Sequence record: MT880872.1 | Direction: 5' to 3' (one strand) | DNA from: Staphylococcus phage PhiSepi-HH3 | Length of the DNA: 64,000 bases | Part shown: one piece after another, positions 10,463 to 20,900 of the stretch | Numbering within the stretch: the stretch's first letter is position 1 | Layout: every line of letters begins with the position of its first letter | The notes under the pieces: model-generated | Told to the model about the DNA's origin: nothing | Seen by the model: only the letters and a program-made list of their open reading frames with translations | Database searches by the model: none | Made by a program: the position numbers and the translations under genes

Positions 10463-11464
10463 ATGCCTAAATTTAGTAATGAATTAAAAGAAGTTGCTAT
10501 CCAAGCTGCTCATGGTGCAACTACTACTCAATTTTCAAATAAAGACTTATCGGACGCTGTTCGTAAAAAAATGATCGAGGAATTAGGTTCAGATACTTTA
10601 GATTATTCTACTTATCGCCGCCGCAAACATGATTTATTCGAATTCATCGAAGAAACTGTTGCCCCTATCGTAAATGAACGCACTGCTGAAATTTTCGGTC
10701 AGTTCGCTGAATACAAAAATATCGCTTTCGGTGATCAAAACAAATTCTTCATCGAAGATATTAAATTATTCCCTGTTGCTACTATCTCTACTGGTAACGG
10801 AAACGTAAAACGTCAACGTTTAGATAGTCAAGAATTAGTAGTACCAATGCATACAATCGGTGCTGGTGTATACGAAGAGTTAGTTCGCTTTTTAGCTGGT
10901 CGTACTGATTGGGCTCGTTTAACTGCTCGTTTAGCTGAGTCATTTGTAAATGATATCGCTCAACGTATTGGTGACGCTCTTTACAAATCAGTTGACTCTG
11001 TTGGTTCTACTTACAAAGCTAACGTTAGTGGTAGTAACAGTGAACTTAAAACTAAAGTATTAGAAATCGCTGATCACGTTGAAGCTGCTAATGGTCAAGC
11101 AGTAATCGTTGGTACTAAAGCTGCTCTTCGTAAATTAAAGCCAGAAGATAGCTCAGACTTACAAAAAGGTGCTAAAAACGAAGTTGGTTACTTCGGTTTT
11201 GTTGATGGAGTTGAATGCATTGCTTTACCTCAATTCCACAAAGCTGGTACTGATGAGTTCGGTCTTAAAAACGATGTTATTTTCGTATTACCAAGCTCAG
11301 ATGAAAAATTAGTTAAAGTTGTTCAAGACGGTCATTACATCGCTCGTGAAGAAGGCGGATCAGAAGGATATCGCACAGACTTACAAATGAGCTTAGACGT
11401 AATCACTCGTGTTGGTGTAGCTGTTGTTACTGCTGCTCGTTATGGTGCTGTTGAATTAAGTTAA
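10463..11464 (+). CDS. putative major capsid protein
   Basis: 333 aa with a strong ribosome-binding site (GGAGGATAA). Its codon usage is that of an abundant protein. A terminator follows at 11485-11514. Confidence 0.5.
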   Translation: MPKFSNELKEVAIQAAHGATTTQFSNKDLSDAVRKKMIEELGSDTLDYSTYRRRKHDLFEFIEETVAPIVNERTAEIFGQFAEYKNIAFGDQNKFFIEDIKLFPVATISTGNGNVKRQRLDSQELVVPMHTIGAGVYEELVRFLAGRTDWARLTARLAESFVNDIAQRIGDALYKSVDSVGSTYKANVSGSNSELKTKVLEIADHVEAANGQAVIVGTKAALRKLKPEDSSDLQKGAKNEVGYFGFVDGVECIALPQFHKAGTDEFGLKNDVIFVLPSSDEKLVKVVQDGHYIAREEGGSEGYRTDLQMSLDVITRVGVAVVTAARYGAVELS

Positions 11465-11484
11465 GCTTAATATGATTAAAGTTT

Positions 11485-11514
11485 GCTCCCTATTAATTTA
11501 GGGAGCTTATTTTA
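11485..11514 (+). terminator. rho-independent terminator after the capsid gene
   Basis: The stem is gctccc(t)...(a)gggagc. A ttatttta run follows. Confidence 0.6.
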
Positions 11515-11538
11515 TATGGAGAAAAAGGAGACATTTAA

Positions 11539-12090
11539 ATGGCTATTAAAAAAACTACAACTACTGAGAAATCTACTCAAAAAACTACTAAACCTACTGA
11601 AAAGAAAACAACTCGTACTGCTAAACCAAAGCGTAAAGAGGTTGATTTATCTCAATCAGTATTAGTTATTAATATGACTCAAGGTTCATTAACTTATGTA
11701 GCTAAAAAAGGTACAGGTTATTTAGAATTAAGTGAATACTTAGATAGTGATTATTTAACTGTTGAAGAGTTAAAAATCATGAAAAGTTCAGCTAGAGGCA
11801 TGTTTGATAAAGGTTGGTTGTTTGTTGATGATGAAGATGTAGTTGAATTTCTTGGAATTAAGAAACAAATGGACGCTATCTTATTACCTGATGAGTTAGA
11901 TGACCTATTCGAACTTCCAGCAGATGAACTTAGAGAGCGATTAAAAAGCTTATCACCTTCAGTGAAAGAAACAGTTCATTTAGCTATGAAGAAAAAATAT
12001 GAAGATGGTGAACTAGCAAACGCTCACGTTATTCGTGCTATCGAAGAGTCAGTGAATATTGATAATAACGTTTCAATTCTAAATATCTAG
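11539..12090 (+). CDS. phage structural/head protein with a Lys/Thr-rich N-terminal tail
   Basis: ORF with the ribosome-binding site GGAGAAAAAGGAG. The N-terminus reads KKTTTTEKSTQKTTKPTEKK. Confidence 0.35.
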   Translation: MAIKKTTTTEKSTQKTTKPTEKKTTRTAKPKRKEVDLSQSVLVINMTQGSLTYVAKKGTGYLELSEYLDSDYLTVEELKIMKSSARGMFDKGWLFVDDEDVVEFLGIKKQMDAILLPDELDDLFELPADELRERLKSLSPSVKETVHLAMKKKYEDGELANAHVIRAIEESVNIDNNVSILNI

Positions 12091-12107
12091 TTGGGAGGCA
12101 AATTCTC

Positions 12108-12542
12108 TTGACAGAATTTACTTTAATTTATGACAAATTTTTATCTAAACTAACAGATTTTTCTTTAGCGAGATTAGATAAAGACGTTTTAGAGTCAGAT
12201 TTACAAGAACGGTTAATAACTGCTCTTTCAGATTTTGCACAGTTACCCGAAGAGAAAACTGAAGTTGATTTAAGTACAAAAACTTTTACTAATGGTCTAA
12301 GTGTAGAAGAACAAAATATCATCGCAACTTTAATGGTTATCAATTATTTAGACAAATATATTTTGTCTGAAGATAATATGAGAATTCTATTAAACTCTAA
12401 AGACTATAAACAGTATTCACAAGCCGCTTTACTTAAAGAGCTTAAAGCTACTAAATCTGAATATCAATCAGATGTTGACGCTAAGCTTAATAGTTATAGC
12501 TTTAGACAAAAATTCCGAAAGAAAAAGAAAGATGAACAGTAA
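12108..12542 (+). CDS. phage head-tail joining protein (candidate)
   Basis: ORF in the packed structural block with the ribosome-binding site GGGAGG. Confidence 0.3.
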   Translation: MTEFTLIYDKFLSKLTDFSLARLDKDVLESDLQERLITALSDFAQLPEEKTEVDLSTKTFTNGLSVEEQNIIATLMVINYLDKYILSEDNMRILLNSKDYKQYSQAALLKELKATKSEYQSDVDAKLNSYSFRQKFRKKKKDEQ

Positions 12543-12849
12543 ATCTTATACTTTTTATCTCACGGAATTGAAAAATAGAGTTTTCAAAATATTGCCTTTA
12601 TGTGAAGAAAAGAATGACTACATAGATAAGTATTTAGAGAATTTGATCATTGAACTCAAAGGGCTTCCTAAAGCATATCCTGAAGTGTTTGATAGTCAAT
12701 CTGCTTGGTACGTTAGAGTGTTAAGCTCTTTATTTACTTTCTATGAAGACTTTTCTATCGCAGAATTACATAGTGTTGATGGAGTTCAAAGAGTAAGACG
12801 AATTATTCTATCATTAGTAAATTTGATAGATAAGGAGGTAGGACGTTAA
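12532..12849 (+). CDS. phage head-tail protein (candidate); start moved to the ATG that overlaps the upstream stop codon
   Basis: Translation begins MNSKSYTFYLTELKNRV.... Confidence 0.3.
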   Translation: MNSKSYTFYLTELKNRVFKILPLCEEKNDYIDKYLENLIIELKGLPKAYPEVFDSQSAWYVRVLSSLFTFYEDFSIAELHSVDGVQRVRRIILSLVNLIDKEVGR

Positions 12850-12852
12850 ATA

Positions 12853-13518
12853 ATGGACTACTTTGAAAGATATAAAAATATTAATATGCCTTATGGCACA
12901 GATTTAAGTTCACATGTCATTAACGCAAGTAAAGACAGTGCTTTGAGAACATTTCTCTCTTCCCCTACTCTATCTGATATTTATGTTGATAGTATTCCTA
13001 CTCAGTCAGTTGTAAGTAATTATTCTGGTGACTTTTTTGAGCGTACGTTCTTATTTGAGCCAGACTCAGACTTAGCTAAAGTAGGTAATTATATTGAACA
13101 TAGAGGCTATACATACTTAACTATGAAAAGTAATGATGATGATATTTATCCTAACCTACACGCTAAGTTATGCAATGAAGATTTTAAACTTCCATTAAAA
13201 ATTACTAAGAAGAAGGTTTCTACTGGTCGTGGTGGTTACACTTATGTTGATCAATTAGAGACCAAAGATATTCCTATTGTGGTTGATGTTAAAGGTTACT
13301 CAATTGCGGATAATGCTATCTTACCTTTAACTGAAGGCCGAGTAATTATCTATATGAAATACAGTAAGGAATACTTAGAAAAAATTAAACTTAACTATGA
13401 GTTTGAGTTATTTAATGATAGTTATAAAATCACTGATATTCAAACAGATAACATAATTAATCATCAAGGTTATATTGTATTATCTGCACAGAAAGTAGTT
13501 GAAACAAATGCAACTTAG
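12853..13518 (+). CDS. phage structural protein
   Basis: ORF with the ribosome-binding site AGGAGG. Confidence 0.3.
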   Translation: MDYFERYKNINMPYGTDLSSHVINASKDSALRTFLSSPTLSDIYVDSIPTQSVVSNYSGDFFERTFLFEPDSDLAKVGNYIEHRGYTYLTMKSNDDDIYPNLHAKLCNEDFKLPLKITKKKVSTGRGGYTYVDQLETKDIPIVVDVKGYSIADNAILPLTEGRVIIYMKYSKEYLEKIKLNYEFELFNDSYKITDIQTDNIINHQGYIVLSAQKVVETNAT

Positions 13519-14029
13519 ATATAAAACTTCTGGTCGTGGTGATATCTTACAGAAATTTATTAAGGTAATGGCAAATGATGAACACTTATTAAGATTGCTT
13601 TACTACAACCCTATTGATGAGAATGGCAATTATATAGAGTTCACAGACGCTTCTTTACCTAATATCACTGAGATGGACGAAGAGAAAAAAGACCAAATAG
13701 TAAATGATTTGATTAGAACGTCTCAAAAGAGTGACGACATAATCGAGATGAAAAAGACAGTTATTTTTGTATTTTATGGTAAATCGAGACCTAAGTATAA
13801 CAATCATACTCTTGTAGACAGAGAGATTATTTTTATGATCCTATCTCATAATGATTTCTCATTTGCTGATAGAATAGAGGAAATTTGTGATAGATTAGAT
13901 ACTTTGTTCGTTAATAAGCATATTGGTGGCATTGGTAGAACAAACATCGGAATATCATTCCCTGTTGAAGCTCCAAAAGAATACCTTGCTTTTGAACAAA
14001 AATACACTATCACTGATAAGCGGATGTGA
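13499..14029 (+). CDS. phage structural protein
   Basis: ORF overlapping the previous gene by 20 nt. Confidence 0.3.
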   Translation: MKQMQLRYKTSGRGDILQKFIKVMANDEHLLRLLYYNPIDENGNYIEFTDASLPNITEMDEEKKDQIVNDLIRTSQKSDDIIEMKKTVIFVFYGKSRPKYNNHTLVDREIIFMILSHNDFSFADRIEEICDRLDTLFVNKHIGGIGRTNIGISFPVEAPKEYLAFEQKYTITDKRM

Positions 14030-14034
14030 TTTAA

Positions 14035-14907
14035 ATGGAAGAGTTATTAGAAAATCTATTTGATGATCAGAGTATTCAAGATAAAGTTATCTTGAATTTG
14101 CCTATCGAAAGTCCATTTGGTGAATTAAAACCACTGAGTATTCATGATTACATGCAACGACTCTCTTCTATTTCAGTAATATCTCTTAACAAGAAATACT
14201 TACTCGCTGAGTATGGTAAAGGTTATCAAGAAGAAACTGGTCAAACTGATAATGAAATTTTCACAATGTTGAAAGACTTGAATGAAAAATATTCATTATT
14301 CTACTTTTTAAGAGAGATGTTCCAAGACCTTCTCCACCACTACATTATTATAACCCGATACGTTAAGTTCTACGATTATCAATACGATAAGAAAAACCCT
14401 CAATCTAGAAAAGACATTGATGAAAATAGTGATGACGATACACCTTTGAGTGAAAAGGAATTTACTGAGGCTATCTTAGAAAAATGTATTCAATTTGTAT
14501 TTTCATTAGATGATGATCAATTTGAGCTTTATCGTAAATACATATTACAACTTCATGGACAATCTGAACCTAGAGCTTTCTTAAACCCTAAGCTTCAACG
14601 TAATGAAGAGAGATCTAAAGCTTCAAAGCTTAAAAAGAAGGACTCAACGCCAACTTTATCTACTATGGTTACAAGTTGTGCAGTGTACATGGGCGTTGAT
14701 TACTCAGATATTATGAAATGGAATGCTTTACAATTACAACATTCATTCCAACGAATTTCACTATTCATTCAAAATAACGCTACAACGTTGTTTGCTACTG
14801 TTACTTCTGAAGTCGATTTAGTTAATTGGTCAGAAAATATTACTGACAATGAGAAAAAAGAAGATATGACTTTAGATACTTTCAGACAGAATGTAAGTGG
14901 AGTTTAG
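14035..14907 (+). CDS. phage structural protein (acidic)
   Basis: ORF in the structural block. Confidence 0.3.
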   Translation: MEELLENLFDDQSIQDKVILNLPIESPFGELKPLSIHDYMQRLSSISVISLNKKYLLAEYGKGYQEETGQTDNEIFTMLKDLNEKYSLFYFLREMFQDLLHHYIIITRYVKFYDYQYDKKNPQSRKDIDENSDDDTPLSEKEFTEAILEKCIQFVFSLDDDQFELYRKYILQLHGQSEPRAFLNPKLQRNEERSKASKLKKKDSTPTLSTMVTSCAVYMGVDYSDIMKWNALQLQHSFQRISLFIQNNATTLFATVTSEVDLVNWSENITDNEKKEDMTLDTFRQNVSGV

Positions 14908-14945
14908 TTAGAATATATATAAATTATTTTAGGAGGAATTGGAAT

Positions 14946-15737
14946 ATGCCTTTATATATCCAAGACACTGCGGACGCAGTATTAGAACGTAAATCGGACA
15001 AATTTGTTATCGCTACTGGTACAACTCAAACTGTTACTTTGAAACAAAAAGTTGACGAAGAAACAGTTAAAGGCGGTATTGGTAACGCTGCTCAATTCAC
15101 AATCAAATCTAACAAAGAGTTAGAAATCACTATGGAAGACGCTTTATTCAACTTCCAATGGTTAGCTGCTACTCAAGGTGTTAAAGTTGTTAACGACAAA
15201 TTAGTTGTTAAACGTACTGAGGTTGCTGAAGTAGAAGAAGGTGGAAAAGTTACTTCTGTTAATTCTAAATTAGCTGGTGAGTTAGTTGTTATCGACACTT
15301 ATGGTAAAAACGTTAAAGGTAAGTTCACTGCTGGTTCTGCAACTATCTCTGACTTGTCTTCACAAGTTGGTAAAAACGTAACTATCGTTACAGAAGAAGA
15401 AGTTCAAGGTGAAAAAGTTTCTATTCGTGCTGACCGTTTCGCTGAAAAGTATCGTTTACAATTATTCACTTATGCTTATGACCAAGATACTGAAGCAATT
15501 GCAAAAGACGTATTCTTGACATTCGATAACGTTTCTCCATCTTCTGAGTTTGACTTAAAACTTAAGGCTGGTGATCCATTATCTCCAGAATTACAATTGA
15601 AAGCTACTGCAAACCCAAAAACTAAAGAAATTGGTTCTTGGATGATTGTTGATCATAAAGAAGACGCTGGAGAAACAAATTCGGGTGCTGTTGTTGCTGG
15701 TAGAAGATCTGAAGAGTCAGGTTCACATTTAGGCTAA
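14946..15737 (+). CDS. putative major tail protein
   Basis: 263 aa with the ribosome-binding site AGGAGGAATTGG and high-expression codon usage. A strong terminator lies just downstream. Confidence 0.45.
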   Translation: MPLYIQDTADAVLERKSDKFVIATGTTQTVTLKQKVDEETVKGGIGNAAQFTIKSNKELEITMEDALFNFQWLAATQGVKVVNDKLVVKRTEVAEVEEGGKVTSVNSKLAGELVVIDTYGKNVKGKFTAGSATISDLSSQVGKNVTIVTEEEVQGEKVSIRADRFAEKYRLQLFTYAYDQDTEAIAKDVFLTFDNVSPSSEFDLKLKAGDPLSPELQLKATANPKTKEIGSWMIVDHKEDAGETNSGAVVAGRRSEESGSHLG

Positions 15738-15751
15738 TAATTTAGTCATAA

Positions 15752-15784
15752 GAGTGGGAGATTAGTTTCTCCCCTCTTTTTTAT
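15752..15784 (+). terminator. rho-independent terminator after the major tail gene
   Basis: The stem is gggaga-ttagtt-tctccc. A T-run follows. Confidence 0.65.
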
Positions 15785-15820
15785 TTATCCAAATTTATAG
15801 AATAAAAGGAGAATTTTATC

Positions 15821-16378
15821 ATGAAAATAAACGACAATAACGATAAAAATGTCGAACAAAATGCTGTTGTTGACTTAAAAAAGGTCTTAGAAATGGCTAA
15901 ATCTTATGATGAAATTGAAAGATACACTTTATCAAACGGTGAAGACATTGAATTCTATCCCCACTTCTCTCGTACAAAGATTAAAGAAATCATTGAAGAG
16001 TATAAAGGATATTTAATTTCTGAAGATAAAGATGATATGAAATTCATGGATATGGTTTCTAAAGATGATGTAAGCTTAGTCCTTTTCTGGTACTTCTTAG
16101 CTGTTAAAAAATTCACTCATTTTGGTGAGTCTATGAAACGTATTAAGAAAGTTAAATCTTTAGCTCCTTATTACAATGCATTATTAGAAACGGGTATCTT
16201 AGAAGAAATTTGTAATGACGCTTTTGCTTATGAAGAGTTATCAAAAGTTACTGAAATGTTTGCAAAAGAAGCTGCAATTAATGTAACTGCTAATGAATTT
16301 GTAAACAAATATGAAGATGAAATTGAAGTAGCTCGTGAAAAATTTGCTAACACTTATTTAAACAAGAGTGAAGATTAA
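15821..16378 (+). CDS. tail assembly chaperone-like acidic protein
   Basis: It is one of two small acidic proteins placed between the major tail protein and the tape measure protein. Confidence 0.3.
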   Translation: MKINDNNDKNVEQNAVVDLKKVLEMAKSYDEIERYTLSNGEDIEFYPHFSRTKIKEIIEEYKGYLISEDKDDMKFMDMVSKDDVSLVLFWYFLAVKKFTHFGESMKRIKKVKSLAPYYNALLETGILEEICNDAFAYEELSKVTEMFAKEAAINVTANEFVNKYEDEIEVAREKFANTYLNKSED

Positions 16379-16851
16379 TGCCTCATTTTAGTGATTTACA
16401 AAGCCTTAATAACTATGTACTTAGAGCAATAACTGAAGTAATGAGAAATGAAGTTGCTGACGCAGTTAGACAAGAATGGATAGCTATGATGGAAAAGAAT
16501 GTGTATGGAACGTATCAACCCTGGTCATATGAACGTAGACATAAACAAGGTGGTTTAGCTGATCCAAGAAATATTCAAATCGTTTCAGAAAAAGTTGCTG
16601 CTGACTCTGCTGCTATCGTAATGGAGAACTTGACTAAAGGTCAAGGTTGGGATCATTACTATGGTGATTTAATCAATACGATGATTGAAAGTGCAGACGG
16701 TTTTGCTGGTAATTCAGCTTTAGGAATGCCTAAACGTCCTTATACTGAAGAAGCAGTTGATTTCATGACAAAAGGAATTGGTAGAAATACTATATTGGAC
16801 GCTCTCACATCAGGTTTAGCTAGAAGAGGTATTAATGTCAATATTAAATAG
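16378..16851 (+). CDS. tail assembly protein (candidate)
   Basis: Its start overlaps the upstream stop codon (TAATG). Confidence 0.3.
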   Translation: MPHFSDLQSLNNYVLRAITEVMRNEVADAVRQEWIAMMEKNVYGTYQPWSYERRHKQGGLADPRNIQIVSEKVAADSAAIVMENLTKGQGWDHYYGDLINTMIESADGFAGNSALGMPKRPYTEEAVDFMTKGIGRNTILDALTSGLARRGINVNIK

Positions 16852-16866
16852 AAAGTAGGAATTAGT

Positions 16867-17883
16867 ATGGCAATCGAGAAAAACATGCTGAGAGAAAGAG
16901 CCAAAAAGCTTCCGACAATTACAGATGAAATGTGGGAAAAGGTACATCCTATTTACAAGGAACTTTTAAGTGAGTATTTAGGTTCAGTAGATTTATCGAG
17001 AGACACTAAAAAACAATATACTTCAGCATTGAAACAATTTGGTTGGTTTGTTGCTGATAGTTTAAACAATAAACCCCTATTCAAATTAAAGAAACGTGAC
17101 GCATTGCGTTATATGAACTATTTAAGAGAAGACCGTAAGATGTCATCATCTGGAATTAACTTAAAGAAATCTGCTGTATCTGCTTTCTGTCAATGGATAG
17201 AAAACTATATCGCTGATGACTATGAAGATGAAAATGGAGACCTAGTTTTTGAAACATTTCGTAATTTCATGACAGGCTTACCACCAGTTGTAAAAAATCA
17301 AGTATACGATAAGAAGAAAGTTACATTCGAAGAGTATCAAGAAATGATGAAAGCTCTAAGAAGTGATGAAGATTATTTAGGTATGGCTTGGTTAGCTACT
17401 GCATTTAATGTTGGTGCAAGACGCAGCGAAATTATACAATTTAAAACATCTTTATTCGATCATGAGTGGAATGAAGAAGGAAACTTCTTAATGTCTCATA
17501 ACGTTCGTGGTAAAGGTCGTGGTGAAGATGGTAAGATACTTCAATTTATGATCAATGATGAAGCACTTAAATATATGAAGCTTTGGGTAGAAAAACGTGG
17601 ATATGAAGACGAATACATCTTTACAGTTGGAAATGAGAACACTCATAGGCAAATGAGTAAGTCTTGGGCTGATTATTTCTGCGAGCATACTCTATCTCAT
17701 ATTTTAGGAAGACGTGTTAACCCTCATATCTTTAAAGCTAGTTGTGTAACCTATCTATTAGAAGTTAAAAAGGTTGATATTAAACACGTATCTAAATTAG
17801 TGGCACATCATGAGTCAGTTGAAACTACTCAAATATATGATTTAAGAGACTCTGAAGAAGAGAGAAATTCTATCTTTAGTTAA
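16867..17883 (+). CDS. tyrosine recombinase / phage integrase-family protein (SPbeta YomM-like)
   Basis: The N-terminus resembles the XerD-like core-binding domain. Catalytic-domain motifs are present: GARRSE (Arg), H-I-F-K where the canonical box is HxxR, and AHHESVETTQIYDL with the Tyr nucleophile. Confidence 0.6.
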   Translation: MAIEKNMLRERAKKLPTITDEMWEKVHPIYKELLSEYLGSVDLSRDTKKQYTSALKQFGWFVADSLNNKPLFKLKKRDALRYMNYLREDRKMSSSGINLKKSAVSAFCQWIENYIADDYEDENGDLVFETFRNFMTGLPPVVKNQVYDKKKVTFEEYQEMMKALRSDEDYLGMAWLATAFNVGARRSEIIQFKTSLFDHEWNEEGNFLMSHNVRGKGRGEDGKILQFMINDEALKYMKLWVEKRGYEDEYIFTVGNENTHRQMSKSWADYFCEHTLSHILGRRVNPHIFKASCVTYLLEVKKVDIKHVSKLVAHHESVETTQIYDLRDSEEERNSIFS

Positions 17884-17979
17884 TCTAGTTTTGAATTCTT
17901 GTGGGAATATTTAGTTCTCATAAGACTTGAATACTAGATTTTTTATAATGATTTCGAGAATAAAAGGAGTGAATATAGC

Positions 17980-20900
17980 GTGGCAAGTGATTTTAATATA
18001 GGTATATTATCTACCTTAGAGATAGACTCTAGCTCCTCAAGAAAGAAGATTAACGACACACTTAAAAATATTGAAGCAAATATTAATAGCATTAAAGCAG
18101 ACTTAGAAGTTTCAGATACAAAGAAATCAGAAAATAATGCTATAAAAAGTGCAAACAACGTAATCAGAAACATCAATTCAAACGGTAATTTAAAGAAATT
18201 AAATGTTGAACTAGATGTAAACTTAACAAAAAGTAGACAAAACATTCAAAGAGCATTATCTACTCTATCAAAAGATTTTAAGAATAAGAAAATTGATATT
18301 GAAGTTAATGCTAAAGCTAATAAAAATTCAATCGGACAAGTTAAGAATTCTATTTCTAAAGGTGCAAGTCAGCCACTAGAAATTAAAGAGTCCCCTAGTA
18401 GTAGAAGCACTAGTAGAGATATTAAAGAACAGCAGTCTTTAATGACAGGTTTAGCAAATTCTTATAAGAACTTAGATGATTTAACAAGAGCTTTAAATAC
18501 AAGTACATTTGAAGGGCTTAGAAAAACTGTAAAAGAAATTAAGAACGCAGATAATTCTCTTAAAAGTTATCAAGTTACTTTAGAACGTGTTAACCAAGAA
18601 GGTAAAAAATTAGGCTCTCAAAGATTTGATTATACCCCTTCTGCAAATGGTTTGAAGTTAAACAAAACTCAATTAACTGATCAAACAGATAAAGCTCGTA
18701 AAGAAGAAAATGCTGCTATTAATAAATTATTAGAAAATGAAGTTTCTAAGTATGATCGTTTATTGAATAAAGGTAAAATTGATATTAAACAACATCAAAC
18801 TTTACTTCAAACTCTTAGACAAATTACTAATGAGAAATCAAAAGCTAACCAATTTAATAGAACTGATTTCAATAGAGTAGCAAAAGCTGCTGCTGATGAA
18901 GCAAAAGAATATCAATATCAAAATGATATGCTTCGAAAGAAATTAGCTTTAACTTCTCAAATTGAGCGTATTGAAAACAGAATGGCTGCTACAATTGATA
19001 AGCAACAAACAAATGCTTTGAAAAATCAATTGAATTCTTTAGGTAATAATAGAACACCATTCGGTAAAGAAGCAGCTTTCCATATGAACCAAATTCAAGA
19101 CAAGGTTCGTCAAATCTCTGCTGAAGCTGAAAGAGCAACTAGAACTCAGTTAAGTTTTGTTGATCAATTCAGAGAAGCAATGACAAAATTCCCAGTTTGG
19201 ATGGGTGCTACTACCCTATTCTTCGGTGCCATAAATGGTGCTAAAGAAATGCTTGATGTAATTACTGAAATTGATGGAAAAATGATTACTCTTGCAAAAG
19301 TTACTGGTGATGACAATGCACTTCAACAAACATTTATTGACGCAAATAATGCTGCTTCTCAATTCGGACAGACATTAGGAAGCGTATTAGATGTATATGC
19401 AGAATTCGCTAGACAAGGTGTTAAAGGTAATGAGTTATCTCAATTCTCAAATGCAGCATTAATTGCTGCTAACGTTGGTGAGATTGACGCTAAACAAGCT
19501 TCTGAATATTTAACTTCTATGTCTGCTCAGTGGGAAACGACTGGAAACCAAGCTATGAGACAAGTTGACTCACTCAACGAAGTTTCCAATAAATATGCTA
19601 CAACTGTTGAAAAGTTAGCACAAGGTCAAGCAAAAGCTGGCTCTACTGCTAAATCAATGGGACTTACTTTTGATGAAACTAATGGTATTATTGGTGCATT
19701 AACAGCTAAGACTAAGCAATCTGGGGACGAAATTGGTAACTTTATGAAAGCCACTTTACCTAAACTTTATAGTGGTAAAGGTAAATCAACTATTGAAGGC
19801 TTAGGCATTAGTATGAAAGATGAAAATGGACAATTAAAATCTGCCATTTCTCTTTTAGAAGAAGTTTCTCAGAAAACTAAAAACTTAGAAAAAGACCAAA
19901 AAGCCGCTGTTATAAATGGCTTGGGTGGAACATACCACTACCAACGTATGCAAGTATTATTAGATGATTTATCTAAAACAGATGGCTTATATAAACAAAT
20001 TAAAGAAAGTTCCGAAAGTTCAGCTGGCTCTGCATTACAAGAGAATGCAAAATACATGGAGTCAATTGAAGCTAAAGTTAACCAAGCAAAAACAGCATTC
20101 GAACAATTCGCATTAGCTGTTGGTGAAACATTTGCTAAATCAGGAATGCTTGATGGTATCAGAATGGTTACTCAACTTTTAACTGGTTTAACTCATGGAA
20201 TTACTGAATTAGGCACAACTGCTCCGATTTTCGGCATGGTTGGTGGTGCTGCCTCATTAATGAGTAAGAATGTTAGAAGTGGTTTTGAAGGTGCTAGAAG
20301 TAGTGTTGCTAATTATATTACTGAGGTAAATAAATTAGCTAAAGTTAACAATGCTGCTGGTCAAGTTGTTGGACTTCAAAAAGTTCAAACTGGTACAGCT
20401 TCACAACTTCAGTTTAATAAAAATGGTGAATATGATAAAGCTGCTTCACAAGCAAAGGCTGCTGAACAAGCAACTTACCAATTCTCTAAAGCTCAAAAAG
20501 ATGTATCAGCTAGTGCTATGATCGCTTCAGGTGCAATCAACAAAACAACTGTGGCTACCACAGCAAGCACTGTTGCCACTCGTGCTGCTACACTTGCAGT
20601 TAATGGTTTAAAATTAGCCTTTAGAGGCTTGTTGGCTGCTACTGGTGTCGGGTTAGCAATAACTGGTGTTTCTTTTGTACTGGAAAAAGTTGTAGGTAGT
20701 TTTAATGCTGCAAGTCAAGCTGCTGAACAATATAAACAAAAACAAGAGCAAACGAAGCAAGCAATAGCTTCTATGAGTAATGGTGAAATTAATTCACTTA
20801 TTAGTAGTTACGATAAACTACAACAAAAAATGAATTCTGGTAGTGCATTTAATACAGCGGAAGCTGAGAAATATAAAGAAGTAACAAGTCAATTAGCTAA

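Noticed and set aside
11483-11665. A 60-aa + strand ORF overlapping the start of 11539-12090
   Set aside because: It is in a different frame from the better-supported 183-aa gene, which has a strong ribosome-binding site. Its sequence is a repetitive Leu/Lys run, typical of an AT-rich frame artefact.
17943-18245. A 100-aa minus-strand ORF spanning the tape measure start region. The same applies to 17488-17688 (minus strand) inside the recombinase gene and 12128-12343 (minus strand) inside the 12108 gene.
   Set aside because: These are antisense overlaps with supported genes. They have no ribosome-binding site and a hydrophobic repetitive composition.
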